A DNA stretch of 64,000 nt, taken from an uncultured Planctomycetota bacterium. Its GTDB lineage: Bacteria > Planctomycetota > B143-G9. Below, piece by piece: positions 28,394 through 38,989 of this stretch (the first letter of the stretch is position 1; each line of letters opens with the position of its first letter). The notes beneath the pieces are model-generated. The model was given only the letters and a program-made list of their open reading frames with translations. It had not been told where the DNA came from and made no database searches. Both the position numbers and the translations under genes were made by a program. The stretch covers positions 40,308 through 104,307 of the forward strand of contig CAZNBY010000003.1 of NCBI GenBank assembly GCA_964571525.1. Reading direction: 5' to 3'.

Positions 28394-29909
28394 TTTCGGT
28401 TCGCAGCTCGTACAGCTCATCGCGCGTCGAATCCGTGCGCTTAATGTCTTCTGTCGCATTCTACCATCGAGCGCTTCAGCGGCAAAGATTGCAGAATACA
28501 ATCCAATAGGCATTGTGTTTTCGGGCGGCCCCGCATCATGTCATGTTAAGGGATCGCCTCGACCTGACCCAGCAATCTTCGAACTCGGCGTGCCGATTCT
28601 TGGCATCTGCTATGGCAGTCAAGTAGTTTGCCATGAGCGCGGAGGTCGTGTCGCTGCCTCAGAAACCCGTCAATACGGCCACACTATAATGCGCATCACC
28701 GATCGTGATAACCCTCTTACTATTGGCTTGCCCGATTCTTTTCGCGTATGGATGTCTCACGGCGACACAATTCTGAAGCTGCCCGAAGGGATGAGCCAAT
28801 CAGCCGATACTGACACAGCGCCTAACGCGATTATCTTTGATCCGCAAATGAAGTTCTATGGCGTGCAATTTCACCCCGAGGTGGTTCACACCGACAATGG
28901 CGAGACGATTTTCAAGAATTTCCTTTACAGCATCTGCCATTGCACAGGCAACTGGAAGATGGGCGATTTTATTGAGGATTCTGTAACCTCAATCCGCGAG
29001 CGTGTTGGTGATGGACGCGTTGTGCTTGGTCTTTCTGGTGGCGTTGACAGCTCTGTTGCAGCCATGCTCCTTGCTAAGGCTATCGGGCCAAAACTCTCAT
29101 GCATTTTTGTTGATAACGGTCTGCTTAGACTAAATGAGGCGGAAGAGGTCAAGAAGAACTTTACCGGAAAATACGGCCTTGATTTTCACTTTGTTGACGC
29201 ATCCGCGCGTTTTCTTGACGGCCTGAAGGGTGTTACCGATCCTGAGCAGAAGCGCAAGATAATCGGTCGCACATTCATAGATGTTTTTGAGCAAGAGGCG
29301 AAGCGAATTACAGGTGTCAAGTTCCTTGCGCAAGGCACTCTGTACCCCGATGTCATTGAGTCAACAAGCGCGCACGGCGGGCCGACAGCAAAGATAAAAA
29401 GCCATCACAATGTAGGTGGACTGCCAAGCGTGATGAATCTGCAACTTATCGAACCTCTCCGCGAGCTATTTAAAGACGAGGTGCGCGAGGTGGGTATCAG
29501 ACTCGGCCTGCCTGAGAGTCTTGTCTGGCGACACCCGTTCCCCGGACCTGGTCTTGCGGTTCGCATACTTGGTGAAATAACACGAGAACGAATTCAGGTT
29601 CTTCAACGAGCTGATGCAATAGCCATAGAGGAAATCCGCGCTGCAGGATTGTATCGCGATATCTGGCAGGCTTTCGTGGTGCTTCTGCCGGTCAGTTCTG
29701 TGGGTGTGATGGGTGATGAAAGAACCTACGAAAATGCTGCGGTTTTGCGTTGCGTGGAATCGAAGGACGGCATGACTGCCGACTGGTTCCGCATGCCACA
29801 TAATGTTCTTAATCGGATTTCAAACCGCATTATTAACGAGGTAAAGGGCATAAACCGCATGGCTTACGATATCTCATCTAAGCCTCCGGCAACGATAGAA
29901 TGGGAGTAA
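28359..29909 (+). CDS. guaA: Glutamine-hydrolysing GMP synthase
   Basis: GATase1 N-terminus (IVLDFGSQ...GICYGSQ), ATP-PPase motif SGGVDSSV, and a conserved C-terminal dimerisation domain. It overlaps the end of dnaE by 35 bp. Confidence 0.9.
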   Translation: MVLPFETVIVLDFGSQLVQLIARRIRALNVFCRILPSSASAAKIAEYNPIGIVFSGGPASCHVKGSPRPDPAIFELGVPILGICYGSQVVCHERGGRVAASETRQYGHTIMRITDRDNPLTIGLPDSFRVWMSHGDTILKLPEGMSQSADTDTAPNAIIFDPQMKFYGVQFHPEVVHTDNGETIFKNFLYSICHCTGNWKMGDFIEDSVTSIRERVGDGRVVLGLSGGVDSSVAAMLLAKAIGPKLSCIFVDNGLLRLNEAEEVKKNFTGKYGLDFHFVDASARFLDGLKGVTDPEQKRKIIGRTFIDVFEQEAKRITGVKFLAQGTLYPDVIESTSAHGGPTAKIKSHHNVGGLPSVMNLQLIEPLRELFKDEVREVGIRLGLPESLVWRHPFPGPGLAVRILGEITRERIQVLQRADAIAIEEIRAAGLYRDIWQAFVVLLPVSSVGVMGDERTYENAAVLRCVESKDGMTADWFRMPHNVLNRISNRIINEVKGINRMAYDISSKPPATIEWE

Positions 29910-29980
29910 ATGCTTAATCCTGCGCTTGAAAAACTTGCGCAGCATGCAACGGTGTATAATATATAAGTGTCAATTCGGAT

Positions 29981-30057
29981 GCGCCCATAGCTCAACTGGA
30001 TAGAGCGTCTGGCTACGGACCAGAAGGTTAGGGGTTCGAATCCTCTTGGGCGTACCA
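29981..30057 (+). tRNA. tRNA-Arg, anticodon ACG
   Basis: GCGCCCATAGCTCAACTGGATAGAGCGTCTGGCTACGGACCAGAAGGTTAGGGGTTCGAATCCTCTTGGGCGTACCA. Anticodon loop is CTACGGA. CCA is encoded. Confidence 0.85.
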
Positions 30058-30086
30058 CCTGCTTATTATCTCGATTTCGAGTTGGA

Positions 30087-30109
30087 CCCGGGCGAAAGCC
30101 CGGGTTTTT
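30087..30109 (+). terminator. Intrinsic terminator after tRNA-Arg
   Basis: Hairpin cccgggc-gaaa-gcccggg followed by TTTTT. Confidence 0.6.
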
Positions 30110-30178
30110 GTTTATTGTCGTGGCGGTTGTTTCAACCACAGATTTTGTATGAAAAACCGTCAGTAGTGGTCTGCGGCA

Positions 30179-32077
30179 TCATAAGGAGATCGAGTACGAG
30201 ATCGTGTTCTTTCCACCATTGCTAATCAATCGCACAGGAATACGAAGGTGAAGTGTCTTTGGAGTGCAAAGCCCCTGCGCGTCATCACAAAGCACAAACG
30301 AGATCTTTGCCACGATCTCTGCATCTATCTCAACTTCCTTAAAATCTGATACTTGAACGGGCAATTTGACAAGCTGTTCAGCTTTTCCATCCGCTGTTTC
30401 TGATAATGTCTCAGAGTCAATAAGAAGCAGATCTGATCTGCGCGATACCTCTAACCTCGTGTTAATAGTTGAGCCTTGCGAGAACTTGCAGCCCTCGGTC
30501 GCTTTGATACAAAGTCGAATCTCTGCTGTGCCAATGGATAATCCCTCGCTGTCAGCGGGTTTTAGCAAATGTGTAAACCAATCGTCCGCATCTGCACAGG
30601 GCTTAGTTTTTGCTGAAGGGGTGTTGAATGTTTGCTGTGGATTGACTGATGGCAAGTCATGAAACTCTATCGCCTTCATCTCACCGTTCTTGAAATGCAA
30701 TATGCGGTGCGCGTTTGTATCGCAGATAAGCAACGAGCCGTTCGTCGAGGCACGCACGCAGTTGGGTTCGTTAAGATCTCTAACGATTGTGCTGACTTCA
30801 CCAGATGCAAAGCTCATGAACTTTATCTTGCCGTTATATGTGTCGGCAATAAAGAGCCCCTCGCTTGTCGCTTCAACTCCAAGGCAATGCTGAAGCAGGC
30901 ATTCAGATGCCTTACCGTCAACATCGCCGAAGTTGAAAAGCCCCTTGCCGATCAGCGTGCGCACGATGCGTGACTTTGTGTTTAATGCACGGATCGCGCT
31001 CGTCTCGCTATCAGCGACAAACAGCCAGTCGCCAAATACACTAAGACCTGATGGTTGTGCCCAGGCACTCCGCATTAAATCCCCGTCAATCAACGACTCA
31101 ACCCCAGTGCCTGCATAAGGCTCAATGTATCCTTCTGTCGGGTTGAAGCGATGCAACTGGTGACTGCCCGCCATCGCGATTACCAACTCATCACCAAGAC
31201 AAACAATATCCCACGGCGAACGCAATGGGGTTTCGGTTGCGGTTCTTCGACCCGAAAACGCATTTACCCCCATCGAGCCTGTACCTGCCACGGTGGTTAC
31301 AGTCTCAGTATTAAGGTCAATTTTGCGTATGGCATGGTTGCGGGTATCTGCGACAAAAATCGCGCCAGCAAACTCGCATGTCCCTTGCGGGTCGTCGAAA
31401 CTGGAAAGTTCAAAAGACCCATCCCTAAGCCCTTTAATTCCGCAGCCGATTACTCTCTTTACAATGCCGTCAGGGGTTGCGATAATCAACCTGTTGTTGC
31501 CGCTGTCGCTTATCAGAATGTCACCGGTGCTCAACACCGTCAGTTTTCCCGGAAAGCGCAGAGGGCTATCGTGTTCTTTTGAAACAGCACGAATGTTTGG
31601 TGGATTGAAATTGAGCTTTCCTTGCTTTCTGGATTCATCAAGGAGCTTTGTGATAAAGGAGTCGAGAAGCTCAAGATCTGGTTCACCTGGTGCGATTGCT
31701 GCGACAGTGCCATCCGGCTTTATAACGACTATTGTGGGCCATGAGCTGATGCAATATTCAGACCAGATTGCCATCTCATCGTCAACCGCGACGGGGTGGG
31801 TGATGTTGTATCGCTCGATAGCCTGCATAATGCGTTCGTGGTTTTTTTCGGCGTCGAATTTACCACTGTGAATCCCAATTACAACCAATGGCTCGCCTTC
31901 GTGTCTGCGCTCTATTTCGTTCAGCACCGGCATCACATGCATGCAGTTGATGCAGCAGAATGTCCAGAAATCAAGCACAACAACATTACCGCGAAGCTCT
32001 TTCATAGAAAGCGGTCTATCGCAGTTTAACCATGCGGTCGCGCAGGTTAGTTCGGGTGCGTAGATTCGTGACTCCAT
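30179..32077 (-). CDS. Thioredoxin-like (TlpA/AhpC-TSA fold) protein with an NHL-repeat beta-propeller, resembling NHLRC2
   Basis: N-terminal thioredoxin fold with CxxC (FWTFCCINCMHVMP). Repeated NHL-like blades follow (GxxFxxPxGI-type segments). A C-terminal beta-rich domain brings the total to 632 aa. Confidence 0.7.
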   Translation of the reverse strand: MESRIYAPELTCATAWLNCDRPLSMKELRGNVVVLDFWTFCCINCMHVMPVLNEIERRHEGEPLVVIGIHSGKFDAEKNHERIMQAIERYNITHPVAVDDEMAIWSEYCISSWPTIVVIKPDGTVAAIAPGEPDLELLDSFITKLLDESRKQGKLNFNPPNIRAVSKEHDSPLRFPGKLTVLSTGDILISDSGNNRLIIATPDGIVKRVIGCGIKGLRDGSFELSSFDDPQGTCEFAGAIFVADTRNHAIRKIDLNTETVTTVAGTGSMGVNAFSGRRTATETPLRSPWDIVCLGDELVIAMAGSHQLHRFNPTEGYIEPYAGTGVESLIDGDLMRSAWAQPSGLSVFGDWLFVADSETSAIRALNTKSRIVRTLIGKGLFNFGDVDGKASECLLQHCLGVEATSEGLFIADTYNGKIKFMSFASGEVSTIVRDLNEPNCVRASTNGSLLICDTNAHRILHFKNGEMKAIEFHDLPSVNPQQTFNTPSAKTKPCADADDWFTHLLKPADSEGLSIGTAEIRLCIKATEGCKFSQGSTINTRLEVSRRSDLLLIDSETLSETADGKAEQLVKLPVQVSDFKEVEIDAEIVAKISFVLCDDAQGLCTPKTLHLRIPVRLISNGGKNTISYSISL

Positions 32078-32107
32078 GCCTGTTCTCTCTTCTGTATGTC
32101 CTGTTTG

Positions 32108-35100
32108 CTATTCTTCAGTTTCCTGCGCAAGCACAGCCCGCACCTTATCAGATAGGCTCTTGACGGTGAAAGGCTTTTGCAGAAAGCTAACGCCTTCATC
32201 AAGAATGCCTTGGTGCGCAATGACATTATGAGTATAACCTGACAGGAAGAGCACCTTTATACCAGGGCGAAGCTCGGCGATCTTCTCGTACAGAACCCTA
32301 CCATTCATATCAGGCATGATGACATCAGATACAAGCATATCAATTCTTGACTCGTAATTGCGAGCGATTTCGATTCCCTTTATTGGGTTTTCTTCTGATA
32401 TCACCTGGTATCCCTTGTCACGCAATACCTCACACATCAGTGCCCGAACCGAATTATCATCTTCGACTATAAGAAGCGTCTCGCCACCTAACTTCGCAAG
32501 TCTTTCTGATTTTGGCTTTACGACTTCAGTCGCAGACTCATCGCAAGCTGGGAAATGCAGCTTGAAACATGTGCCTCTGCTAATCTCACTGTACACCCAG
32601 ATGCTACCTCCGTGTTGTTTGACAATGCCATGCACTGTCGCAAGGCCGAGTCCAGTGCCTTTTCCTGTGGACTTTGTAGTGAAGAACGGCTCGAATATCC
32701 TCTCTTTCACCTCTTCGGGCATTCCCTCACCGGTGTCGGTTACCGCGAGCCTAATATAGCGCCCAAGCTTTAGTTCTGGATGTTGCGTGGCATATTCTTC
32801 GGTAATCTCCACCTCTTCAGTTTCAACAGTCAGCATACCTCCGTTTGGCATCGCATCCTGCGCATTTACAGCAAGATTCATCAGAATCTGTCGAAGCTGG
32901 CCGACATCAGCGCGTATGTACGATCGGATATCACCGAGAATGCTCTTTATTGCGATATCCTCTCTAACCAGGCGGCGAATCATACCCCAGAATGCCCGTA
33001 TTTCGTCGTTGAGCGATACAACCTTCACTTCAAGAATTTGCTTACGGCTGAACGCCAATAACTGCTGAGTCAGATCCTTAGCGTGAACAGCAGCCTCGAA
33101 GATTCTCTGTGCACGACGCTGGTCTGTGGAGTTATCAGGCAACCTGTCCTTCAGTGTCTCTGAATAGCCAAGAATCGGCGAAAGCACATTGTTGAAGTCG
33201 TGAGCAATACCTCCCGCAAGTTGACCGATGGCCTCTAATTTCCTTGCTTGCTGAAGCTGGTTTTCTAACAGAGCTTTTTCTGCTTCGATCTTCTTCGTCT
33301 CGGTAATGTTCTTGTTGTGCGAGATTATGTACTTTGGCTTGCCGTCATCACCACAACTAACTGCCGCACGCACAGAGACCCACACTATGTCGCCGTTCTT
33401 CGCGATAAAGCGTCTTTCGAATTCAACGGAGTCTGACTGGAAGTTGATTAACTTGTCAAACATCTGCCTTGATAGTAAAAAGTCATCGGGATGTGTATAT
33501 TCGTAAATACTGCGCGCGAGCATTTCGACCTTGTCGTAACCAAGCATTCCAGACATTTCGTCGTTAACCCGAAGAATGCTTGTGTCGGGCGCGAGAATAA
33601 TCATACCAACTGGAGCATGCTCAAAAGCACTTCTAAACCTCTCTTCCGTCTCACGCAAGGCGGCCTCACTGCGCTTTCGTTCGCGCAAGTCAATCAGCAC
33701 TGTGGTGTTGCCAAGTATCTCACCTTTTTCGTCTCTGATAGGCGCGGCATAGATTGAAAAGGGGATGTTTTCTCCACTCTTATTTATTCTCTGTATCTCA
33801 GTACCATTGAAGAATCTGCCTTCACGGATCCATTCAAGATACATTAGGTATTCGGCCTTGCTTTCATCTGAAACGGATGGTAGCATTCTGCCTATTACCT
33901 CGTCACGGCTCCAGCCAAGTATCTGTTCAGCAGCCTTATTCCAGATAATCTGCACGCAACCATTCTTGTCGAGCGCGTAAACTGGCAGAGGCACAGCGTC
34001 AAGAACCGCATTAAGTGTTGCGAGTGCTGACCGTAAAGACTCCTGCGCGTTCTTCTGTTCGGTGATGTCAAAGTGGGTGCCAACCATGCGCAATGGTTTT
34101 CCCTCTTCATTTCGCGCCACGATTTTCCCTCTGTCAAGAATCCATCTCCAATCACCGTTCTTATGCTTCATGCGGTAAATGCTGTCGTACTTTTGAGTTG
34201 TTCCGTTCAAATAAGCAAGCATCACATCACGGCGAAGTGTAAAATCTTCGGGATGAACAAGTTGCTTATGCGCATCTGAGCTTGGTTCGATCTCATTGAG
34301 TTCGTAACCTAACATTGCCGCCCATCGCTCGTCGTGGTATATCTTGCCAGTCGTTAAGTTCCAATCCCATAGACCAAGATCGCCACCTTCTATCGCAAGA
34401 TCGAGTCTTTCTTCGCTCTCTGCTAAAGCTTCAGCAGCGATCACTCTTTCTGTGATGTCGCGCACGATTCCACCAATACCTACTCGTCCATTCGCCAATG
34501 GAACGGGGAATTTCACAGTCTCAAATACTCTGTCTCCGACCCTCTGGTCATCAATGATTACTTTGCGGGATTTTAATGCAATCAGGTCAGACTTGTGGCA
34601 TTCTTCAGCAGCCTCAGGCGGCATTAATTCGAAGTCGCTCTTGCCGATGACATCTTGAATAGACTTGCCGAAATACTCAGCCAGATGCTCGTTGCACAAT
34701 ATATGCTTGAAGTTTTCGTCTTTGATATAAATCAGATCGGAAGTCGCGTTTACAAATGCTCTATAGCGAGCTTCGCTTTCAACAAGCGCTTCAGTGGCAC
34801 GCCTACTTTCTGTAGTATCAGCGAACACGCAAGCAAACTGGTTAGTGGAAACTCGAAATGCAGAAACTTGAAAATACTTGTCGAATTCGCGTGCATAGCT
34901 TTCGAAAAACGCTGGTTCCCCTGTAAGTGTAACTCGCCCATAAATGTCTATCCATTTTCGTTCTGTTTCTGGGAGAGCCTCTAATACTGTCCTGCCTATC
35001 AGGTCATGTGCCCTCAACCCGGTCATCTTTTCAAATGCGGGATTCACAGCGAGAAAGCGGTAATCCACAGGATTACCTACCTTGTCACAGATAAGCTCGT

Positions 35101-38100
35101 GCAGTGCAAAACCATTTAGCATCTCGTTGAACAGTGTCTGATACTGCTGCTCGATTTCCCTTTGTTCAGTGACATCAATTATGTTTCCTACGACCTTAAC
35201 CACTCGCTCATTTGCGAAAACAGCGCTTCCGGTTGTTCTTATCCACAGCTTTCTTCCCTTTGCCGTTGTGAAAGGACACTCGATGTCATAAGGCTCGCCG
35301 AACTCAACGCACTTTTTAAAAGCATCGTACACCAACTGCCTATCGTCGGGTTCATAGCACAACAGACTGCGATGAACATGCTCTTCGGAGCCGGTGGGTA
35401 TGTTACCAGGATATAGGTCGTGTATGTAATATGTTTCGTCCGTCCAGAGCATCTTCTTCTTAACAACATCCCATTCCCATCCGCCAATCTTGGCAATGTG
35501 CTGTGTGGCCTTCAGCAATTCCCTGCTTTCAGAGACAGCTTGCTGATCGTATGCTCTCTGCAGTGCAATTGAGGCGACATCAGCAAGCGCACCCACAATG
35601 CTCGCATCCTCATCAGTAAAACCTGCTGGTTTGTTTGCAAGCCCAATCAGCCCGATGGTCTTTCCCTTGTGATTGATCGGTGCGAACATCACATTGCTGA
35701 GATGCACATGTCCAGATGGCATGAACTGCATCCATTCGCTTCGTGAAAAATCGTTTTCAAAAACTGCGCGACCGGACTTGTATGCCTCTGCTCGAAGACC
35801 GCGAATCGGCATGGGAAGACTCGAATCAACATCGCAGGGCAGGCCGCCTGACTCTAAAAACAGCACTTTGTTCTCGGAACCGTCATCAGAGAGTAGCGCG
35901 ACATATCCTGATACTGCCCCTGTCACTTGACGGCATATATCGAATATCTGCCTCGCAGCTTCCTCAAAACTGCTTGTTGTTAACACAGAGTTTGATGCGT
36001 TCAGCAACGCTGAAATCTGGCGTTCGCGCGCGGTGGATGCAGCAAGAGCATTCTTTAGCGCAGCTTCAATGGATATTCGTTCTGTGATATCGCGAGCAGA
36101 AGCGTAGATTAGTTTGCCTGCAGGAAAAGAACGCCATTCGATCCAGCGATAGCTACCGTCTTTGTGTCTGTAGCGATTAACAAAGTTCGTGATTTCTGAC
36201 CCTTCTGCGAGAGTTGACACAGCCTTCATCGTTGCGTTGAGATCGTCAGGATGCACTAAGTCAAGGAATCTTCTACCCTCAAGCTCATGTAATTTGTAGC
36301 CTAAAGCAGTTTCCCATTCAGGATTCAACCGCTTGAAAAAGCCATCTGTATCCGCAATACAAAGCAGATCAAGTGCGCTTGAGAAGAATTGGTTCAACTC
36401 CTCAGCTTTTTGACGCAGTTCTTCTTGTGCCTTGACTCGTTCTGTTACATCCGTTGCAAGTTCAAATCGCACATCCCTTCCATCCGGCCACTTGATTATC
36501 CTGTCAACCAACTCATAGTGACCCTTAAGCTTTGGATTGAAGTAATACCACCTGTAAGGTTCACCATTGTTACTGAGGATTATATCGTTTGTGCAGAACT
36601 CGCATGGCTTGTCAAGCCCTTGAAACTCCTTGTAGCAAAGCTTACCAACTGGATCCTGTTTGTATAGCTTTCTCAATGCTGAGTTCACAAAAAGCACTTC
36701 GTAAGTGTAAGGGTCAGAGACGTATATACATTCTGGTATGCTATCGAATACCGAGAGCAACTGCCTTCTTTCAATTTCAAGTGCGTCTTTGATGCGCTTC
36801 TGCTCGGTTATATCTTCAGCAATTCCTATTCCAAAAGCTTCATCTTGAGTACTACCTTCAATCATTGCACCAGAAAGCCGCACCCAAATCAATGAGCCGT
36901 CTTTTCTTACATAGCGCTTTTCAATCAGGTAGCCTGTCTTCCGACCTTCAATAATCTCGTTCATGTCCACAATTTCATTTGCATAGTCATCTGGGTGGGT
37001 TATGTCTTTGACGCGAAGTTGCGCTATCTCTTCATTTGTGTAACCGAGCATGTCGCAGAAGTACTTGTTTGCGCTGATTATTTTCTGATCACTTGGTCTG
37101 GCGATCACGATGCCCACTGGTGATTTATCAAAAAGGCTTCGAAATCTCCTTTCGCTGCTTTGCAGCGCTTCTTCAGCTTGCTTGCGTTCAGTAATGTCTC
37201 GCGTAACACCATGATAACCGACCACTTCACCGTACTTGTCTCGAAATGGTGAGACAGTAACTTCAACCCATCTCCATTCGCCATTCCGGTGCTGTATCTG
37301 CATGTCGTACCTGATTGGTCCTGTCTCAATTCCCTTATGCTCGTCGAGTATTCGCTTCTGATTCGAAGTCTGGATCTTCTTAATGTCCTCTTTCCTAAGA
37401 ATGGTCCAGAGCCTTTTCCCAATGAGTTCCGTATTCTTTATGCCGAGCATCTGCTGCGAGGCACGACTGACATAGGTGAACACAAAGTCACTATCTATGT
37501 GCCAGATGATGTCGCTCGAATTTTCTGTGATCAGCCGGAACTTTTCTTCGCTTTCGCGGACTTCTTCTTCCGCCTTCTTTCGTTCAGTCAAGTCTATACC
37601 CAGACATGTTACATCTGAGATTCTGCCATCAGCATCACGGGTCATCACATTCGACCAAGCAATTAACCTTTCTTCACCAGATTTAGTCACTATCTCATTT
37701 TCATGCGTTGAGAAGGCAATAATGTCTTGTGTCGAGACAATATCTTGGAACAACTTCTTTGTCTCTGCCCGAAGTCGCTCCGGCAGAAATGTCTCGAACC
37801 AGTCTTGACCAAGCGCCTCCTCCTCGCTCCATCCTGTCAGCATGAGGAAATGCTTGTTTGCAAAGGATAATCTGCCATCTGGTGACAAAGATATGCCAAT
37901 CTGAGGGGTGTTGATAAGAATGTGCTTCCATTTGCTCTCGGACGCACTGAGCGCATCTTGAACTACCTTGCGCTCTGTGATCTCAGTCAAAGTTACTGTT
38001 GTGCCTGTGAATTTTCCGCTGACATCATGCATTCGGCTAAGGTGAACTTCGAAGATTCGGGGCTTGCTGTCTAATACAGCTTCTTTGTCAAATGTCAGCT

Positions 38101-38833
38101 CTCTTTTCTCGGATTCTTGAAACGCTCGTATGTCAACTTTAAGCCAATCAATCTGAACATCAAGCTCATCCGTGCTATAGTACGCTGATTCATTCTCTAA
38201 TGCATAACCTATCAGCCGCGCTGCCTGAAAGTTCATGTTGACTATCTTGCCGTCGGGCGCAACAAATAGGGCGGGCGATGCGAGGCTTTCGAATATTGTC
38301 AGGTACTTGTTCTTCTCGTTGACAACCGCACGCGTGGATGATTGTATCTCTTCGAGGAGTTGCTCCTGTGTATGCTTTGTCCATTCTGAAATGAAGCCCA
38401 ACTCGACTCGATCAAAGAACTTGTTGACGAAGTGCAGAGCTACTTTCTTGCCGACTGGTTCGTCGAGACTCTCTTCGACGAGATCAATGTAGGCTTGGCG
38501 GTAGTATTTAAATAAACCGAGAAACATGCTAATTGTGATTCCGCGGGAACGGTGGCGCTGTGCTTCAAGTACGCCGAATGATGCAATTGGATCCTCCTCG
38601 TACTTCTCATCCGGCCCAATATCGTGAAGCTTGCCAGATTTGATGCCCATTTCAAGCATCTCAGAAAGCATCGTGATAGAGATTCGCCATGCCTCGCGAA
38701 GCGTGGATGTGTATTTCGTGTACTCATAGCGTTTTGAGTACTCTAATATTCTGTCAACGAGCCATTCTTCACTTTGCTGAAGCAAAGCGAGCAGCTTGTT
38801 AAATGCTGGTTCGTGTGACATGCTTATCTCCAA
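32108..38833 (-). CDS. Giant multi-PAS sensor histidine kinase with a C-terminal receiver domain (2241 aa)
   Basis: About a dozen PAS/PAC modules, with one GAF-like segment. HisKA is AHDFNNVLSPILGYSE. HATPase_c motifs are NLAVNAQDAM, DTGEGM, GTGLGLA. The C-terminal REC domain reads LLIVEDD...DMLVSDVIMPDMNG. A helical N-terminal domain of about 150 aa that is not PAS precedes all of this. Confidence 0.85.
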   Translation of the reverse strand: MEISMSHEPAFNKLLALLQQSEEWLVDRILEYSKRYEYTKYTSTLREAWRISITMLSEMLEMGIKSGKLHDIGPDEKYEEDPIASFGVLEAQRHRSRGITISMFLGLFKYYRQAYIDLVEESLDEPVGKKVALHFVNKFFDRVELGFISEWTKHTQEQLLEEIQSSTRAVVNEKNKYLTIFESLASPALFVAPDGKIVNMNFQAARLIGYALENESAYYSTDELDVQIDWLKVDIRAFQESEKRELTFDKEAVLDSKPRIFEVHLSRMHDVSGKFTGTTVTLTEITERKVVQDALSASESKWKHILINTPQIGISLSPDGRLSFANKHFLMLTGWSEEEALGQDWFETFLPERLRAETKKLFQDIVSTQDIIAFSTHENEIVTKSGEERLIAWSNVMTRDADGRISDVTCLGIDLTERKKAEEEVRESEEKFRLITENSSDIIWHIDSDFVFTYVSRASQQMLGIKNTELIGKRLWTILRKEDIKKIQTSNQKRILDEHKGIETGPIRYDMQIQHRNGEWRWVEVTVSPFRDKYGEVVGYHGVTRDITERKQAEEALQSSERRFRSLFDKSPVGIVIARPSDQKIISANKYFCDMLGYTNEEIAQLRVKDITHPDDYANEIVDMNEIIEGRKTGYLIEKRYVRKDGSLIWVRLSGAMIEGSTQDEAFGIGIAEDITEQKRIKDALEIERRQLLSVFDSIPECIYVSDPYTYEVLFVNSALRKLYKQDPVGKLCYKEFQGLDKPCEFCTNDIILSNNGEPYRWYYFNPKLKGHYELVDRIIKWPDGRDVRFELATDVTERVKAQEELRQKAEELNQFFSSALDLLCIADTDGFFKRLNPEWETALGYKLHELEGRRFLDLVHPDDLNATMKAVSTLAEGSEITNFVNRYRHKDGSYRWIEWRSFPAGKLIYASARDITERISIEAALKNALAASTARERQISALLNASNSVLTTSSFEEAARQIFDICRQVTGAVSGYVALLSDDGSENKVLFLESGGLPCDVDSSLPMPIRGLRAEAYKSGRAVFENDFSRSEWMQFMPSGHVHLSNVMFAPINHKGKTIGLIGLANKPAGFTDEDASIVGALADVASIALQRAYDQQAVSESRELLKATQHIAKIGGWEWDVVKKKMLWTDETYYIHDLYPGNIPTGSEEHVHRSLLCYEPDDRQLVYDAFKKCVEFGEPYDIECPFTTAKGRKLWIRTTGSAVFANERVVKVVGNIIDVTEQREIEQQYQTLFNEMLNGFALHELICDKVGNPVDYRFLAVNPAFEKMTGLRAHDLIGRTVLEALPETERKWIDIYGRVTLTGEPAFFESYAREFDKYFQVSAFRVSTNQFACVFADTTESRRATEALVESEARYRAFVNATSDLIYIKDENFKHILCNEHLAEYFGKSIQDVIGKSDFELMPPEAAEECHKSDLIALKSRKVIIDDQRVGDRVFETVKFPVPLANGRVGIGGIVRDITERVIAAEALAESEERLDLAIEGGDLGLWDWNLTTGKIYHDERWAAMLGYELNEIEPSSDAHKQLVHPEDFTLRRDVMLAYLNGTTQKYDSIYRMKHKNGDWRWILDRGKIVARNEEGKPLRMVGTHFDITEQKNAQESLRSALATLNAVLDAVPLPVYALDKNGCVQIIWNKAAEQILGWSRDEVIGRMLPSVSDESKAEYLMYLEWIREGRFFNGTEIQRINKSGENIPFSIYAAPIRDEKGEILGNTTVLIDLRERKRSEAALRETEERFRSAFEHAPVGMIILAPDTSILRVNDEMSGMLGYDKVEMLARSIYEYTHPDDFLLSRQMFDKLINFQSDSVEFERRFIAKNGDIVWVSVRAAVSCGDDGKPKYIISHNKNITETKKIEAEKALLENQLQQARKLEAIGQLAGGIAHDFNNVLSPILGYSETLKDRLPDNSTDQRRAQRIFEAAVHAKDLTQQLLAFSRKQILEVKVVSLNDEIRAFWGMIRRLVREDIAIKSILGDIRSYIRADVGQLRQILMNLAVNAQDAMPNGGMLTVETEEVEITEEYATQHPELKLGRYIRLAVTDTGEGMPEEVKERIFEPFFTTKSTGKGTGLGLATVHGIVKQHGGSIWVYSEISRGTCFKLHFPACDESATEVVKPKSERLAKLGGETLLIVEDDNSVRALMCEVLRDKGYQVISEENPIKGIEIARNYESRIDMLVSDVIMPDMNGRVLYEKIAELRPGIKVLFLSGYTHNVIAHQGILDEGVSFLQKPFTVKSLSDKVRAVLAQETEE

Positions 38834-38989
38834 AAAGTTGAGTTAAGAAAACTGCAGACGCAACGCGATGAACACGACAGAATCGTGCATCACAAACAAC
38901 CACCACCTGTAGTATACACGCATCATGTCATCATCGAAACTTAGGTGGGAAGCAGAACGATGACAGGTTTCTTAAGCTGCCTCCTGTGT

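Noticed and set aside
29864-30139. 91-aa minus-strand ORF in the track
   Set aside because: It lies antisense across tRNA-Arg(ACG) and its terminator. Its peptide is a read-through of the tRNA, for example GFEPLTF from the T-arm. It is not a gene.
32358-38727. Numerous 60-130-aa ORFs on the plus strand inside the giant kinase genes, and similar ones inside dnaE, the Rhs gene and the PKD protein gene
   Set aside because: They lie antisense or out of frame within long, well-supported coding regions, and their peptides are low-complexity. They are artefacts of the six-frame track.
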